DNA of 64,000 nt from Alphaproteobacteria bacterium. Its GTDB lineage: Bacteria > Pseudomonadota > Alphaproteobacteria > UBA7887. Position 1 is the first letter of the stretch. The number at the start of each line of letters is the position of its first letter. The notes under the pieces were generated by a model. That model was given only the letters and a program-made list of their open reading frames with translations. It had not been told where the DNA came from and searched no databases. The translations under genes and the position numbers were made by a program. Where the stretch lies: positions 1,888,001-1,952,000 of the forward strand of contig CBDCGL010000011.1 in the NCBI GenBank assembly GCA_965216755.1, given 5' to 3'. This document shows, piece after piece, positions 9,674 to 18,749 of the stretch.

Positions 9674-9949
9674 ATGCAAAGAACCATGATCCCGTTTTTT
9701 GCGGCTCTGCTTTTGAGCGTTTCCGCGACCGCCCAGCAGGCGGCAGCCATGCCCCTCGACAACACGAATTCAACGATCCATAGCGTGGGCTATGCCAACG
9801 ACGCACCGGTTCGCTGTGCACTGCCATCCAAAGTGAAGCGCATGGGCCGCAATCTAACCGTATTGGCGGCCCGACAGGTTGTGGGGGCCACAGCGCCGCA
9901 TTGCTCTGAACGCGGCGGCACGCAGCTCGTCCGGACCACATATCGGTAG
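9674..9949 (+). CDS. Small secreted hypothetical protein with two cysteines
   Basis: Signal peptide MQRTMIPFFAALLLSVSATAQQAAA; motif CALPSKVKRMG...C..RGG; GAGAGAG upstream. Confidence 0.6.
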   Translation: MQRTMIPFFAALLLSVSATAQQAAAMPLDNTNSTIHSVGYANDAPVRCALPSKVKRMGRNLTVLAARQVVGATAPHCSERGGTQLVRTTYR

Positions 9950-10094
9950 AAGGCGAACCATGATTCCTAAGACCTCACAAGGATATCAGCGTTGAACCGA
10001 ACCTTGGCGGCTTCAATGCCACGCCCTGGTGGGAATCAACGACGGGTCGTGATACCTGTATGCGTCGCTTTATGGTGCCGCTAGGAGGGACGCG

Positions 10095-11039
10095 ATGTGC
10101 TCTGATGTCTTGACTTCCAGGTTAAACGTGTCTGCTCGGATCAGTATGGCCGTTACTTTTCTGGTGACGCTGACAGCCTCAACCGGCAATGCCGTGGCTC
10201 AGGATCGTGATTTCAGCACTGTCGAAATCAAGACGCATCAAGTTGCCGAGACGATCTACATGCTCGAAGGCGCCGGCGGTAATATTGGCGTGTGGGCTGG
10301 CAATGACGGTGTATTCTTGATTGACGATCAATACGCGCCACTCACCGACAAGATCCTCGCAGCGATCCGTGAGATCTCAGACCAAGGCGTTCGTTTTCTG
10401 ATCAACACCCACATTCATCCCGATCATGTGGGCGGCAATGAGAATCTCGGTCGTCACGGAGCCGCGATCATTGGCCATGAGAATATTCGAAAGCGGTTGA
10501 TGGAGGGTGTGTTCGGCAATCCGCCCGCGCCAGCAATTGCCTTGCCTGTCATCACTTTTGAGCACGACCTCATGTTCCATCTTAATGGCGAGGACGCACG
10601 CGCCTTCAAAGTGCCGGATTCACACACGGATGGCGACACGATCGTGCATTTCCAGGGATCAGACGTCATTCATACCGGCGACGTATTTCGCACCACAAGC
10701 TATCCTGTCATTGACACGCGCAATGGCGGCACGTTTCGCGGCACGATCGAAACCCTCGATATAATTCTCCAGACCGCCGGTCCCAATACCAAGATCATTC
10801 CCGGCCATGGAATGGTGACCGATAGAGCCATGGTCCAGACATTTCGGGATATGGTCGCGGATATCGGCGCGCGGATTGCTGCACGCGTCGACAAAGGACA
10901 GTCGCGCGACGAGGTCGTGGCGGCGAAAGTGACCGCCAGCTATGACGCGCAGTGGGGTTATCCGGAAGGCTTTTTCTTTACCAACGATCGCTTGGTCGAG
11001 ATCATTTACGATGAACTGGCGGGTGACGGCCAACGGTGA
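10095..11039 (+). CDS. Secreted MBL-fold metallo-hydrolase
   Basis: GGNIG, LIDDQ, NTHIHPDHVGGN (HxHxDH), HTDGD, HTGD, IIPGHG; signal peptide; AGGAGG RBS. Confidence 0.9.
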   Translation: MCSDVLTSRLNVSARISMAVTFLVTLTASTGNAVAQDRDFSTVEIKTHQVAETIYMLEGAGGNIGVWAGNDGVFLIDDQYAPLTDKILAAIREISDQGVRFLINTHIHPDHVGGNENLGRHGAAIIGHENIRKRLMEGVFGNPPAPAIALPVITFEHDLMFHLNGEDARAFKVPDSHTDGDTIVHFQGSDVIHTGDVFRTTSYPVIDTRNGGTFRGTIETLDIILQTAGPNTKIIPGHGMVTDRAMVQTFRDMVADIGARIAARVDKGQSRDEVVAAKVTASYDAQWGYPEGFFFTNDRLVEIIYDELAGDGQR

Positions 11040-11076
11040 AGCCGTCCCAATGCCATCAGCCCAAATACCGGTCTAC

Positions 11077-11739
11077 CTACCGAGGCAACAGCTCGCTCGA
11101 CGCGATTAGTTCCGCGTGGCTTGGATGCTGCGCATAGGCGCTGAAGTCGTCTTGGGCGACCACATGCGTCCAGCGAACGATGCCGCTACGGTCTATCAGA
11201 AAATAGCTAATTAATGGTGATACATCGTCCGGCGGGCCTTCCTCCGACGCGTCTTGTGCTTTGAAGCCGTCCTCCGCATCAATGCGCTTGCCGGCTTCAA
11301 GAACCGTGACCGGCTCGCTGAAGTCGTCGCTATCTTTGAGTAAAGTGCGCCCAAAATCGGCGACATTCAGGACTTCGGGCCAAGCTGTCGGTTGGTCTTT
11401 CGAGAACCGATATATTGGTACGCCGTATCTACGATGAATACCGAGCGTCGGGTCGGCCGCCAGTGGCAATCCTGGTTTCCGATATTTCGTATATAGCCGC
11501 GCCGCCGCGATGGATGTGGTGGTGACAGCCAACGTCTCGACCCCCTGCGTATCCAGTTCCTTTGCTGTATAGGCGAGCGCCGCCAAGTTACGCCGACAAA
11601 ATGGACATTCGAAGCTGCGTAACAAGGCCAGCAACAAGGGTGCGCGTTCGAGGTAGTCGGTCAACCGTACCCGATTGTCACCATTCACCAATGGCAAATC
11701 GAAATCAGGCGCTCGCGCGCCCGGCGCAACCATTGTCAT
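11077..11739 (-). CDS. AhpC/TSA (peroxiredoxin-like, thioredoxin-fold) protein with CPFC motif, paralogue A
   Basis: PGARAPDFDLP, LLRSFECPFCRR, AADP...HRRYG, FLIDRSGIVRW. Confidence 0.85.
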   Translation of the reverse strand: MTMVAPGARAPDFDLPLVNGDNRVRLTDYLERAPLLLALLRSFECPFCRRNLAALAYTAKELDTQGVETLAVTTTSIAAARLYTKYRKPGLPLAADPTLGIHRRYGVPIYRFSKDQPTAWPEVLNVADFGRTLLKDSDDFSEPVTVLEAGKRIDAEDGFKAQDASEEGPPDDVSPLISYFLIDRSGIVRWTHVVAQDDFSAYAQHPSHAELIASSELLPR

Positions 11740-12034
11740 TTGAGCTGATCCCTTTGTCGCAACACCTTCCGCTCTCCGCCGCAATATGGGCGTGCGCGCG
11801 CGGATCTTCAATCACATTGCTCAACAGCCGCGGCGCATCCGCCCACGACATCCGGAACCGCTCCAGATGACCGTGGGAATTGAGTTCCGCCCCACGTGCC
11901 AGCGCGGTCAATCAGAGTTCGCCAGCGGAGTAAACGCCTTGCGCAAGTCGTGTTGATTCGTCGCATATGATAGGTTTCGTGGAAGTGTGTGTGGAAACGC
12001 AACGAGGAAACGCGCCGGTGCGACCAACCGTAAG

Positions 12035-15000
12035 ATGAACTGCTCGACTTGCCAATACGAGCTCGAATCTGAATTCCGGTTTTGCCCGAAATGTGGGTCG
12101 AGACAAGCGCGAACTTGCGCGAGTTGCGGCACCGAATGCGCACCGGATTTCTCTTTTTGCCCGCGCTGCGGCAATACCCTCGATAGCCAGCCATCCGCGA
12201 CGGCATCCAAGCCTGCCGCAAACCTGGAAAAAGAGGCTGATCGTCGGCCTGTGACGGTCATATTTGCGGACTTGTCCGGGTTTACCACCCTGAGCGAGCG
12301 TATGGATCCCGAGGAAGTGCGCGCCCTTCAGGATGACTTCCACCACGCAATCCGTGATGTGGTACGTGAATTTGACGGTTTTCTAGAGAAGTTTGTTGGC
12401 GATGCCGCGCTCGTCATATTTGGCGCCCCAATCGCCCATGAGGATGATCCGGAACGTGGGTTGCGTGCCGCCCTTGCCCTGATGGAACGGATAGACACGC
12501 TCAACGAACGCTGGCAAGCCCGCGTAGGCCAGCCGCTTCGACTCCACATCGGCGTCAATACCGGACCGGTGGTGGCCGGCGCACTTGGGGCCGCGGGGGA
12601 CGCTGCCTACGCGGTCACCGGCGATACCGTCAATACGGCAGCAAGATTACAGTCCGCGGCTGGACCGGGCGAGATCCTTGTCGGCCCGCAAACCCATAGT
12701 CTGACCCGTCAGCTGTTCACATTCGAGCCTGTCGGCGAAATAAGCATGAAAGGGAAGTCCGTACCGATATTTGTCTATCGGTTATCAAACCAAGGACTGG
12801 CATCCGGTCTCGGTCCGGCCCGCGGCCTGGCAAGCTTTGGTCTTTCGGCGCCGCTGATCGGGCGAGTCAAGGAAATGACGCAGCTCAAGACTGTCTATGC
12901 GCGCGCTATCGGTGGTCGCGCCCAAATCGCGCGCATCGTGGGCGATGCCGGCAGCGGCAAGACCCGCTTAGTTGATGAATCGCTGGGCGAATTCGCCGAC
13001 GAAATGGAACAATCGAACGCGACAGTTCATCGGACATCTTGTTCCGCCCTCGGCCGTCAGGGTTTTGGTGTGTTGGCACAACTCGTTCGAAACGCCTTCG
13101 AACTCGATGAAACAGACGATTTTGAGAGTGCCCGTAACAAGATACGCCGCGGGCTTGTTGCGGCAAGCGCAGATGGTGATGTGCACCATATTGTGTCATC
13201 ACTCGGCCCCATCTTAGGGTTGGCGTCACAAGACGGCGACCCCAATACCGTGCCGCCTGAGCAGCTGAAACGCCAAATATTTGTAGCTGCCCGCGACATG
13301 CTTGAGACTTGGTTGAACGCCGGCCCAGTGATCATCGTGATTGAAGACCTACACTGGAGCGATCCGGCATCAGTCGAAGTATTGCGGTACATGGTCGAAC
13401 ACGTCTCCCAGCAACGCGTTCTTCTACTCGTAAGCCACCGCCCAACGTGGGATGCCGCTGCGTTACACACAGAAAACACGCCGCAAACGATCGTTAGGTT
13501 GTCGCCACTTGATGAGACACATTGTCACGCGCTATTCGATTGCTATTTCGGCGCGTCAACGTCGACTATTTCGGACAAGGTGCGCAGCTTCGTCGCGGCG
13601 CGTGCAGGTGGTAATCCGTTCTACCTTGAAGAACTCGTTCGCAGCCTAATTGAAAAGAAACTCATCTATCGGGAGGAAGGCATTTGGACCTCCGCCCACG
13701 CGGATGCGCCGGTCGATATCCCGATGACAATCCAAGGTCTGCTCATTTCCCGCCTTGATCGGCTTTCCGATGAGCTGCGGGCGCGGATCCAGGAAGCGGC
13801 CATATTGGGGGTCGTGTTTCGCCGCAATTTGCTTGCCACCCTGGCCGGTCCCGAAGCCGATGTCGAAAGCGGTCTGGCGGCGCTGTGCGAAGCGGAAATC
13901 GTTGAGCGGATCGACCAGCCTGGCATGCCGTACGATCGCGACGGAGACCCGCAATTTCGATTTACGCATGCCATCGTGCAAGAGGTGATCTACGAAAATC
14001 TGCTGATGCGGCGGCGGACAGAACTTCACGGTTTAGCCGGTGAGGCACTCGAAAAACATTGTAGTGGCACGCCACAACGTTTGGAAGACGCGGACGCACT
14101 GGCGCGTCATTTCAGCCGCTCCGCTGACCAAACGAAAGGGCTCAAATATCTCGTTGCCGCAGGAGATTGGTCGCGACGCAGTTTTGCAGCGGAGAATGCC
14201 GCCAGTCACTTTCGCATCCCGCTTCAATTGGTGGAAAGAAACGGGCGCAACTCTGCTCTCCATTGCGATATATTGGAACGCCTCGCTGACACGCTTGGCG
14301 CACTCGGTGAACGTGATGCCGCTTTGGCTTACTATCGCACCCTTTTGGAGATGGTGACCGCGCCAGATCACGCGATAGTGCGGGCGCGTACGCTGCGCAA
14401 GATGGCGGGTTTGCACTGGGAGGCTGGCGAACGCGACACATCGTTTGCGAATTTGCAGGCGGCGCTTGGTTTGGTTGGCGAGCATGAATCGTCAACCGAG
14501 CGTGGATACCTTTGCCAAGAGATGGGGCGACTCGCCTTTCGCAGTGGTGACAACGAGAAAGCCATTGATTGGGCCGGTCGGGCGCTTAGCGCAGTGGATC
14601 CAGCGGTTACCGCTGCCGCGACAGCCCATGGGCAACCGAATGGGGATGCTGCACGTATTGTTGCCGAAGCATATAACACGATCGGCGTTGCAAAAGCGCG
14701 TCTCGGAGAGTTTACTGATGCCGTTGCCGATGTTGAACGGAGTCTCGAAATTGCTGAATTCAATGAGCTCCACGATGTCTCTTGTCGCGGCTATACAAAT
14801 CTTGGGGTTCTTTACAGCACGCTTGATCCAAGACGCGCGATCGACGTGTGTCAGCGCGGTCTCGCGGTGGCGATCAAAATTGGCGACTTAGCATATCAAT
14901 CACTGCTCTACGCAAATCTCGGCGTGTCATACTGTACATTCACCGGGCGTTGCGAGGGTGAAGGTGTGGATGCCGTGCGCCGCGCCATCGAACTCGACCG

Positions 15001-15292
15001 ACAGCTGGGCCTGGTCGACCATCTACCGGTATCGCTCATCGCGTTGGGGCAAATCTATCAATGCCACGGCCAACCGCGTATGGCGATTGAGTTCTACCAA
15101 GAGGCGCTTGAGCTGGCAGTTGATTCAAACGAACCGCAGCTCTTGTTTCCTTGTTACGACGGACTGGCCACCGTTCATCTTGACATCGACGATTTGACCA
15201 GCGCTGAGAAATACATGGAGCAAGCGCAAGCGGTGTGCGAGCGCGCGGGCCTGGATCCGGATTCGTTGGTCGTCATGCCATTCCTGTGTTGA
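12035..15292 (+). CDS. Double zinc ribbon / class III nucleotide cyclase / AAA-ATPase / TPR protein
   Basis: Four CxxC pairs; FADLSGFT, KFVGDA, GDTVNTAARL; Walker A GDAGSGKT; Walker B IEDLHWSD; GGNPFYLEE; FTHAIVQEV; TPR C-terminus ending PFLC. Confidence 0.93.
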   Translation: MNCSTCQYELESEFRFCPKCGSRQARTCASCGTECAPDFSFCPRCGNTLDSQPSATASKPAANLEKEADRRPVTVIFADLSGFTTLSERMDPEEVRALQDDFHHAIRDVVREFDGFLEKFVGDAALVIFGAPIAHEDDPERGLRAALALMERIDTLNERWQARVGQPLRLHIGVNTGPVVAGALGAAGDAAYAVTGDTVNTAARLQSAAGPGEILVGPQTHSLTRQLFTFEPVGEISMKGKSVPIFVYRLSNQGLASGLGPARGLASFGLSAPLIGRVKEMTQLKTVYARAIGGRAQIARIVGDAGSGKTRLVDESLGEFADEMEQSNATVHRTSCSALGRQGFGVLAQLVRNAFELDETDDFESARNKIRRGLVAASADGDVHHIVSSLGPILGLASQDGDPNTVPPEQLKRQIFVAARDMLETWLNAGPVIIVIEDLHWSDPASVEVLRYMVEHVSQQRVLLLVSHRPTWDAAALHTENTPQTIVRLSPLDETHCHALFDCYFGASTSTISDKVRSFVAARAGGNPFYLEELVRSLIEKKLIYREEGIWTSAHADAPVDIPMTIQGLLISRLDRLSDELRARIQEAAILGVVFRRNLLATLAGPEADVESGLAALCEAEIVERIDQPGMPYDRDGDPQFRFTHAIVQEVIYENLLMRRRTELHGLAGEALEKHCSGTPQRLEDADALARHFSRSADQTKGLKYLVAAGDWSRRSFAAENAASHFRIPLQLVERNGRNSALHCDILERLADTLGALGERDAALAYYRTLLEMVTAPDHAIVRARTLRKMAGLHWEAGERDTSFANLQAALGLVGEHESSTERGYLCQEMGRLAFRSGDNEKAIDWAGRALSAVDPAVTAAATAHGQPNGDAARIVAEAYNTIGVAKARLGEFTDAVADVERSLEIAEFNELHDVSCRGYTNLGVLYSTLDPRRAIDVCQRGLAVAIKIGDLAYQSLLYANLGVSYCTFTGRCEGEGVDAVRRAIELDRQLGLVDHLPVSLIALGQIYQCHGQPRMAIEFYQEALELAVDSNEPQLLFPCYDGLATVHLDIDDLTSAEKYMEQAQAVCERAGLDPDSLVVMPFLC

Positions 15293-15382
15293 AAGAAAAA
15301 AGCTATGACAGATGAAAGCGTGGGTCTGATGGCAGCATTGCACGCGCCCGCGACGACGCCCCACCTAGCCTTTGGCCGATAG

Positions 15383-16072
15383 ATGAACGCAGTCATGTCG
15401 AACGAGCCCCAAATCAACGAGCCGCTGCGGATCGGCGATGCCGCGCCAGACTTCACATTGCCGGCAGTGAATCGCGAAGGTGAAATAGGCCTCGCCGACT
15501 ACGCTGGCCGGCATGCCCTATTCCTGGGGCTGTTCCGTGGTCTCCACTGCCCTTTTTGCCGGCGCCAAGTTGTGCAGATGAATGGACTGGCAGCAAAACT
15601 CCGTGAGCTTGGCATCGAATCCGTCGCGGTCGTCAACACCACATTGGCGCGGGCGCGTCTCTACTATGGGCGTCGCGCGATGAATATGGCTCTGGCCGTC
15701 GACCCCGAATGGGACACGCACAGGCGCTATGGCCTTGGTCGGCCCACATTGACCGAAGGCCAATCAGATTGGCCGCGCACGATGAATTTGAACGAGTTTC
15801 TGGCGATGCGAACCAACCCAACCGGGGAACTGCCAGAATCGCTTTCGCCGCTCGACGCGAACGAAGCCCTTAATCAACACGATGGCTTCGAGCCGACCGA
15901 AGTTGACCGACAGATACAAGCGGACCACGGTTTGACAGGCGCCGGCTATACACTGATCGGTACCGACCGTCGCGTCCATTGGACTTGGTTGGAAGGCCAA
16001 ACCGGCATGGCCGACATCGCCAAGTTTCCATCCGAAGACGAGATATTCGGCGCGGTCAAATGCGCCGTTTAA
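15383..16072 (+). CDS. AhpC/TSA (peroxiredoxin-like, thioredoxin-fold) protein with CPFC motif, paralogue B
   Basis: IGDAAPDFTLP, LFRGLHCPFCRR, AVDP...HRRYG; start may be ATG 15395. Confidence 0.87.
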   Translation: MNAVMSNEPQINEPLRIGDAAPDFTLPAVNREGEIGLADYAGRHALFLGLFRGLHCPFCRRQVVQMNGLAAKLRELGIESVAVVNTTLARARLYYGRRAMNMALAVDPEWDTHRRYGLGRPTLTEGQSDWPRTMNLNEFLAMRTNPTGELPESLSPLDANEALNQHDGFEPTEVDRQIQADHGLTGAGYTLIGTDRRVHWTWLEGQTGMADIAKFPSEDEIFGAVKCAV

Positions 16073-16104
16073 GGCGCATATCGAGCGCGCGCGGCACCAA
16101 GCGC

Positions 16105-16566
16105 TAGAGCGCTTTCCGACCATATTGAACCATTCTGTCGGAGCGACTTTGTGACAAGATCAAGTCGATGTCCGCAGGCCGTATCGGGCATACGGCTACG
16201 GACAGCGTCGTCGCGATTGTCACAAAATCGCCCGGCCCTGCGGGTTTGCGACCGGCAGGCGTCCCCCAATGGGAATCCATGTGGACGACCACATTGGTCG
16301 GCCGACTTGCCCGATGCGCGCGTGCGGTGGATCGGACGTTCGCTTGATCTCGCAGCGAGCACCAGAGCGAACGTTCGATCCGTGAACCGCACGAGATCCA
16401 AATATTCGGCTCGTGTCCTGACGAAACCGAAGTTCGTAAGGTGCCTGGGGTCAGACGTGACCAACTGCGGTTTCGGGACACGAGCGGCGCGTTGCGGCGC
16501 CCTTTGTGTGGACCACCGCGCCGGACCGCAAACAGAATTGATTCAATATGGTCGGAAAGTGCTCTA
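16105..16566. mobile_element. 462-bp non-coding MITE-like element with ~35-bp terminal inverted repeats and nested hairpins
   Basis: Left end TAGAGCGCTTTCCGACCATATTGAACCATTCTGT; right end reverse complement TAGAGCACTTTCCGACCATATTGAATCAATTCTGT; TA at both ends. Confidence 0.85.
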
Positions 16567-16577
16567 ACACCGGCAGC

Positions 16578-17315
16578 TCAAGACTTACGCTGGCGCCGGA
16601 ATTCCTCATACATCTCGGGCGAAGGCGGATAGTAGCGGCCCGGTGGCACCTGGTCGCGAACGATCCTTTCTTTGACGTACGCCTCCACCGCTTCATGTTC
16701 CTCAACAATCACCACACATTCTTCGGCGAACCACGACGGAACCACAACAACACCGTCCCCATCACCGACCAACACGTCACCGGGGCGCACCAGCACGCCG
16801 CCGCACTGAATTTGCACGTTCTCCTCGGCAGGTTCAGCCCAAGGCTCGGACGCATAAGGCGTCCGGCTCCGCGCATAGACGATCAAGTCGTATCGCTCCG
16901 CGGCCATGACGTCGAGATCACGCATGCCGCCATCCGTGACGATACCGTCGGCGTTGTTCATTTTCAGTTGCAGTGCCTTGACATCACCAAAAACGCACGC
17001 CCGCGTCTCACCCATCAAGTCACACACCAATACGTCGCCGGGGCCGCACCGCGCCATGGCGCGATATTCGGGCGAATCCTCCCCCTTCCTGACTTCGGCA
17101 ATAAGATCTGGTCGAGGCGGCAAAAACCGAAGCGTGCGGGCCCGCGCCGCCAGTCGCTCTTGTTCCCGGGTGTAAAGTTCGAGACCTTCGATGAAAGGCA
17201 ACGCCACGCCGGCATCGTGAACAACATGATGCCAAATCGTCGCGACCGGCAGTTTCTTGAAGCGGTCAAGAATTTCCTGCCCGATAATCCGCGTTTCGAA
17301 CGATGATCGAGACAT
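16578..17315 (-). CDS. RraA-like / HMG aldolase family protein
   Basis: ARTLRFLP.RPD, GDVLVCD, FGDV, GIVTDGGMRD, IQCGGVLVRPGDVLVGDGDGVVVVP; GGAGGG RBS. Confidence 0.88.
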   Translation of the reverse strand: MSRSSFETRIIGQEILDRFKKLPVATIWHHVVHDAGVALPFIEGLELYTREQERLAARARTLRFLPPRPDLIAEVRKGEDSPEYRAMARCGPGDVLVCDLMGETRACVFGDVKALQLKMNNADGIVTDGGMRDLDVMAAERYDLIVYARSRTPYASEPWAEPAEENVQIQCGGVLVRPGDVLVGDGDGVVVVPSWFAEECVVIVEEHEAVEAYVKERIVRDQVPPGRYYPPSPEMYEEFRRQRKS

Positions 17316-17362
17316 CAGCTTCGTTCCCTCCGAAAGCTCGACACGCGCAAGCATAGGCGCGA

Positions 17363-17474
17363 GGTTACGTCGATCTTGAACAGAGAACCCTGCAACCCCT
17401 CGACAACCCGTTCGGCGCGTGGTTGTCACCCATGTCTTAGGTACAAACTGTTACCTATGTCTCCGGGCTGGACC
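17363..17474 (+). mobile_element. IS481-family 3'-end remnant
   Basis: Translates GYVDLEQRTLQPLDNPFGAWLSPMS*, recognised from memory as an IS481 transposase C-terminus; followed by the doubled end motif TGTCACCCATGTCT..TGTTACCTATGTCTCCGG. Confidence 0.75.
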
Positions 17475-17484
17475 AAGAGAAGAA

Positions 17485-17561
17485 TGGTAGCGGAGGAGGG
17501 ATTTGAACCCCCGACACATGGATTATGATTCCACTGCTCTAACCAGCTGAGCTACTCCGCC
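17485..17561 (-). tRNA. tRNA-Met (CAT), probably the elongator
   Basis: GGCGGAGTAGCTCAGCTGGTTAGAGCA-GTGGA-ATCATAA-TCCAT-GTGTCGGGGGTTCAAATCCCTCCTCCGCTACCA; full cloverleaf, encoded CCA, paired G1-U72, no 3-GC initiator stem. Confidence 0.95.
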
Positions 17562-17615
17562 CCAGGCTGACCGTCCGCATATACGGGGCCGATCAGACGC
17601 TGTCAAGAAACTGCG

Positions 17616-18749
17616 CTAGGGCCGTGGTGTTGCCGGGGTGCCAGCATCATCACGGGCAATCCAGCCACCACCCAAAAGGCGCGTGCCTTGGTAAAAGACC
17701 GCCGCTTGCCCGGGCGAAATCGCCCCAGCCGGTTCGGCCAAAGCGACGTAAACCTGGCCATCATCATCGATGCGGATGGTGGCACGCGCGCCGGCGTGCG
17801 CCGATCGAACTCGGACCGTCGCCGCGCGCGCCGTACCCGGCCGCATGGTGCGATCGAGCCAATTGGTCTCGCGCACCGCAAAGACCGTGCGCGCCAGCGC
17901 TGCCTTGGGACCCACCACGACGCGGCGCGCCTCAGGTTCCAAACGCACAACGTAGAGCGGCGCCGCACCCGCCACGCCCAGCCCGCGGCGTTGTCCGACT
18001 GTATAGTGGACGACGCCATCGTGCCGCCCCACGACGTCGCCAGACATGGTCACAATCTCTCCCGGCTCGACGGCACCAGGACGCAGTTGCTCGATCACGC
18101 GCGCATAATTTCCATTAGGCACAAAACATATGTCTTGGCTATCGGGTTTGTCAGCCACGGGCAGATCAAAGCGCGCCGCCAAATCCCGCGTATCCGATTT
18201 CTCCATGTCACCAAGCGGAAACCAGATAAAGTCCAATTGGTCGGGTCGCGTCGCAAACAAGAAATAGCTTTGGTCCCGCGCAGCATCACGGCCGCTATGC
18301 AATTCAGGGCCGTCCGCCCCCTCGATCCGACGCGCATAGTGGCCGGTTGCCAGCGCGTCCGCGCCCAAATCACGCGCGCTCCGCAAGAGATCTCGAAATT
18401 TGGTTCGCTGATTGCATCGAATACACGGGATCGGCGTTTCACCAGCGACATAGCTGTCAACAAAATCATCAATCACATCGGACTTAAACCGATCTTGGTA
18501 GTTCAGCACGTAGTGGGGAATATCCAACGTCTCGGCGATGCGGCGCGCATCATAGATATCTTCGCCGGCACAACATGCGCCTTTCCGGCCGACCGATGAC
18601 CCATGATCATAAAGTTGCAGTGTCGCGCCAATTACATCGTAACCCTGTTCGACCAGGAGCGCGGCGGTCACCGCGCTGTCGACACCGCCCGACATGGCGA
18701 CCATAACACGCGTGGCCTTGGACGGCTTGTCATATCCTGGGCTGTTCAT
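17616..18749 (-). CDS. mnmA: tRNA 2-thiouridine(34) synthase
   Basis: [60 protein letters not shown]; ATG 18749 overlaps the tenA stop. Confidence 0.97.
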   Translation of the reverse strand: MNSPGYDKPSKATRVMVAMSGGVDSAVTAALLVEQGYDVIGATLQLYDHGSSVGRKGACCAGEDIYDARRIAETLDIPHYVLNYQDRFKSDVIDDFVDSYVAGETPIPCIRCNQRTKFRDLLRSARDLGADALATGHYARRIEGADGPELHSGRDAARDQSYFLFATRPDQLDFIWFPLGDMEKSDTRDLAARFDLPVADKPDSQDICFVPNGNYARVIEQLRPGAVEPGEIVTMSGDVVGRHDGVVHYTVGQRRGLGVAGAAPLYVVRLEPEARRVVVGPKAALARTVFAVRETNWLDRTMRPGTARAATVRVRSAHAGARATIRIDDDGQVYVALAEPAGAISPGQAAVFYQGTRLLGGGWIARDDAGTPATPRP

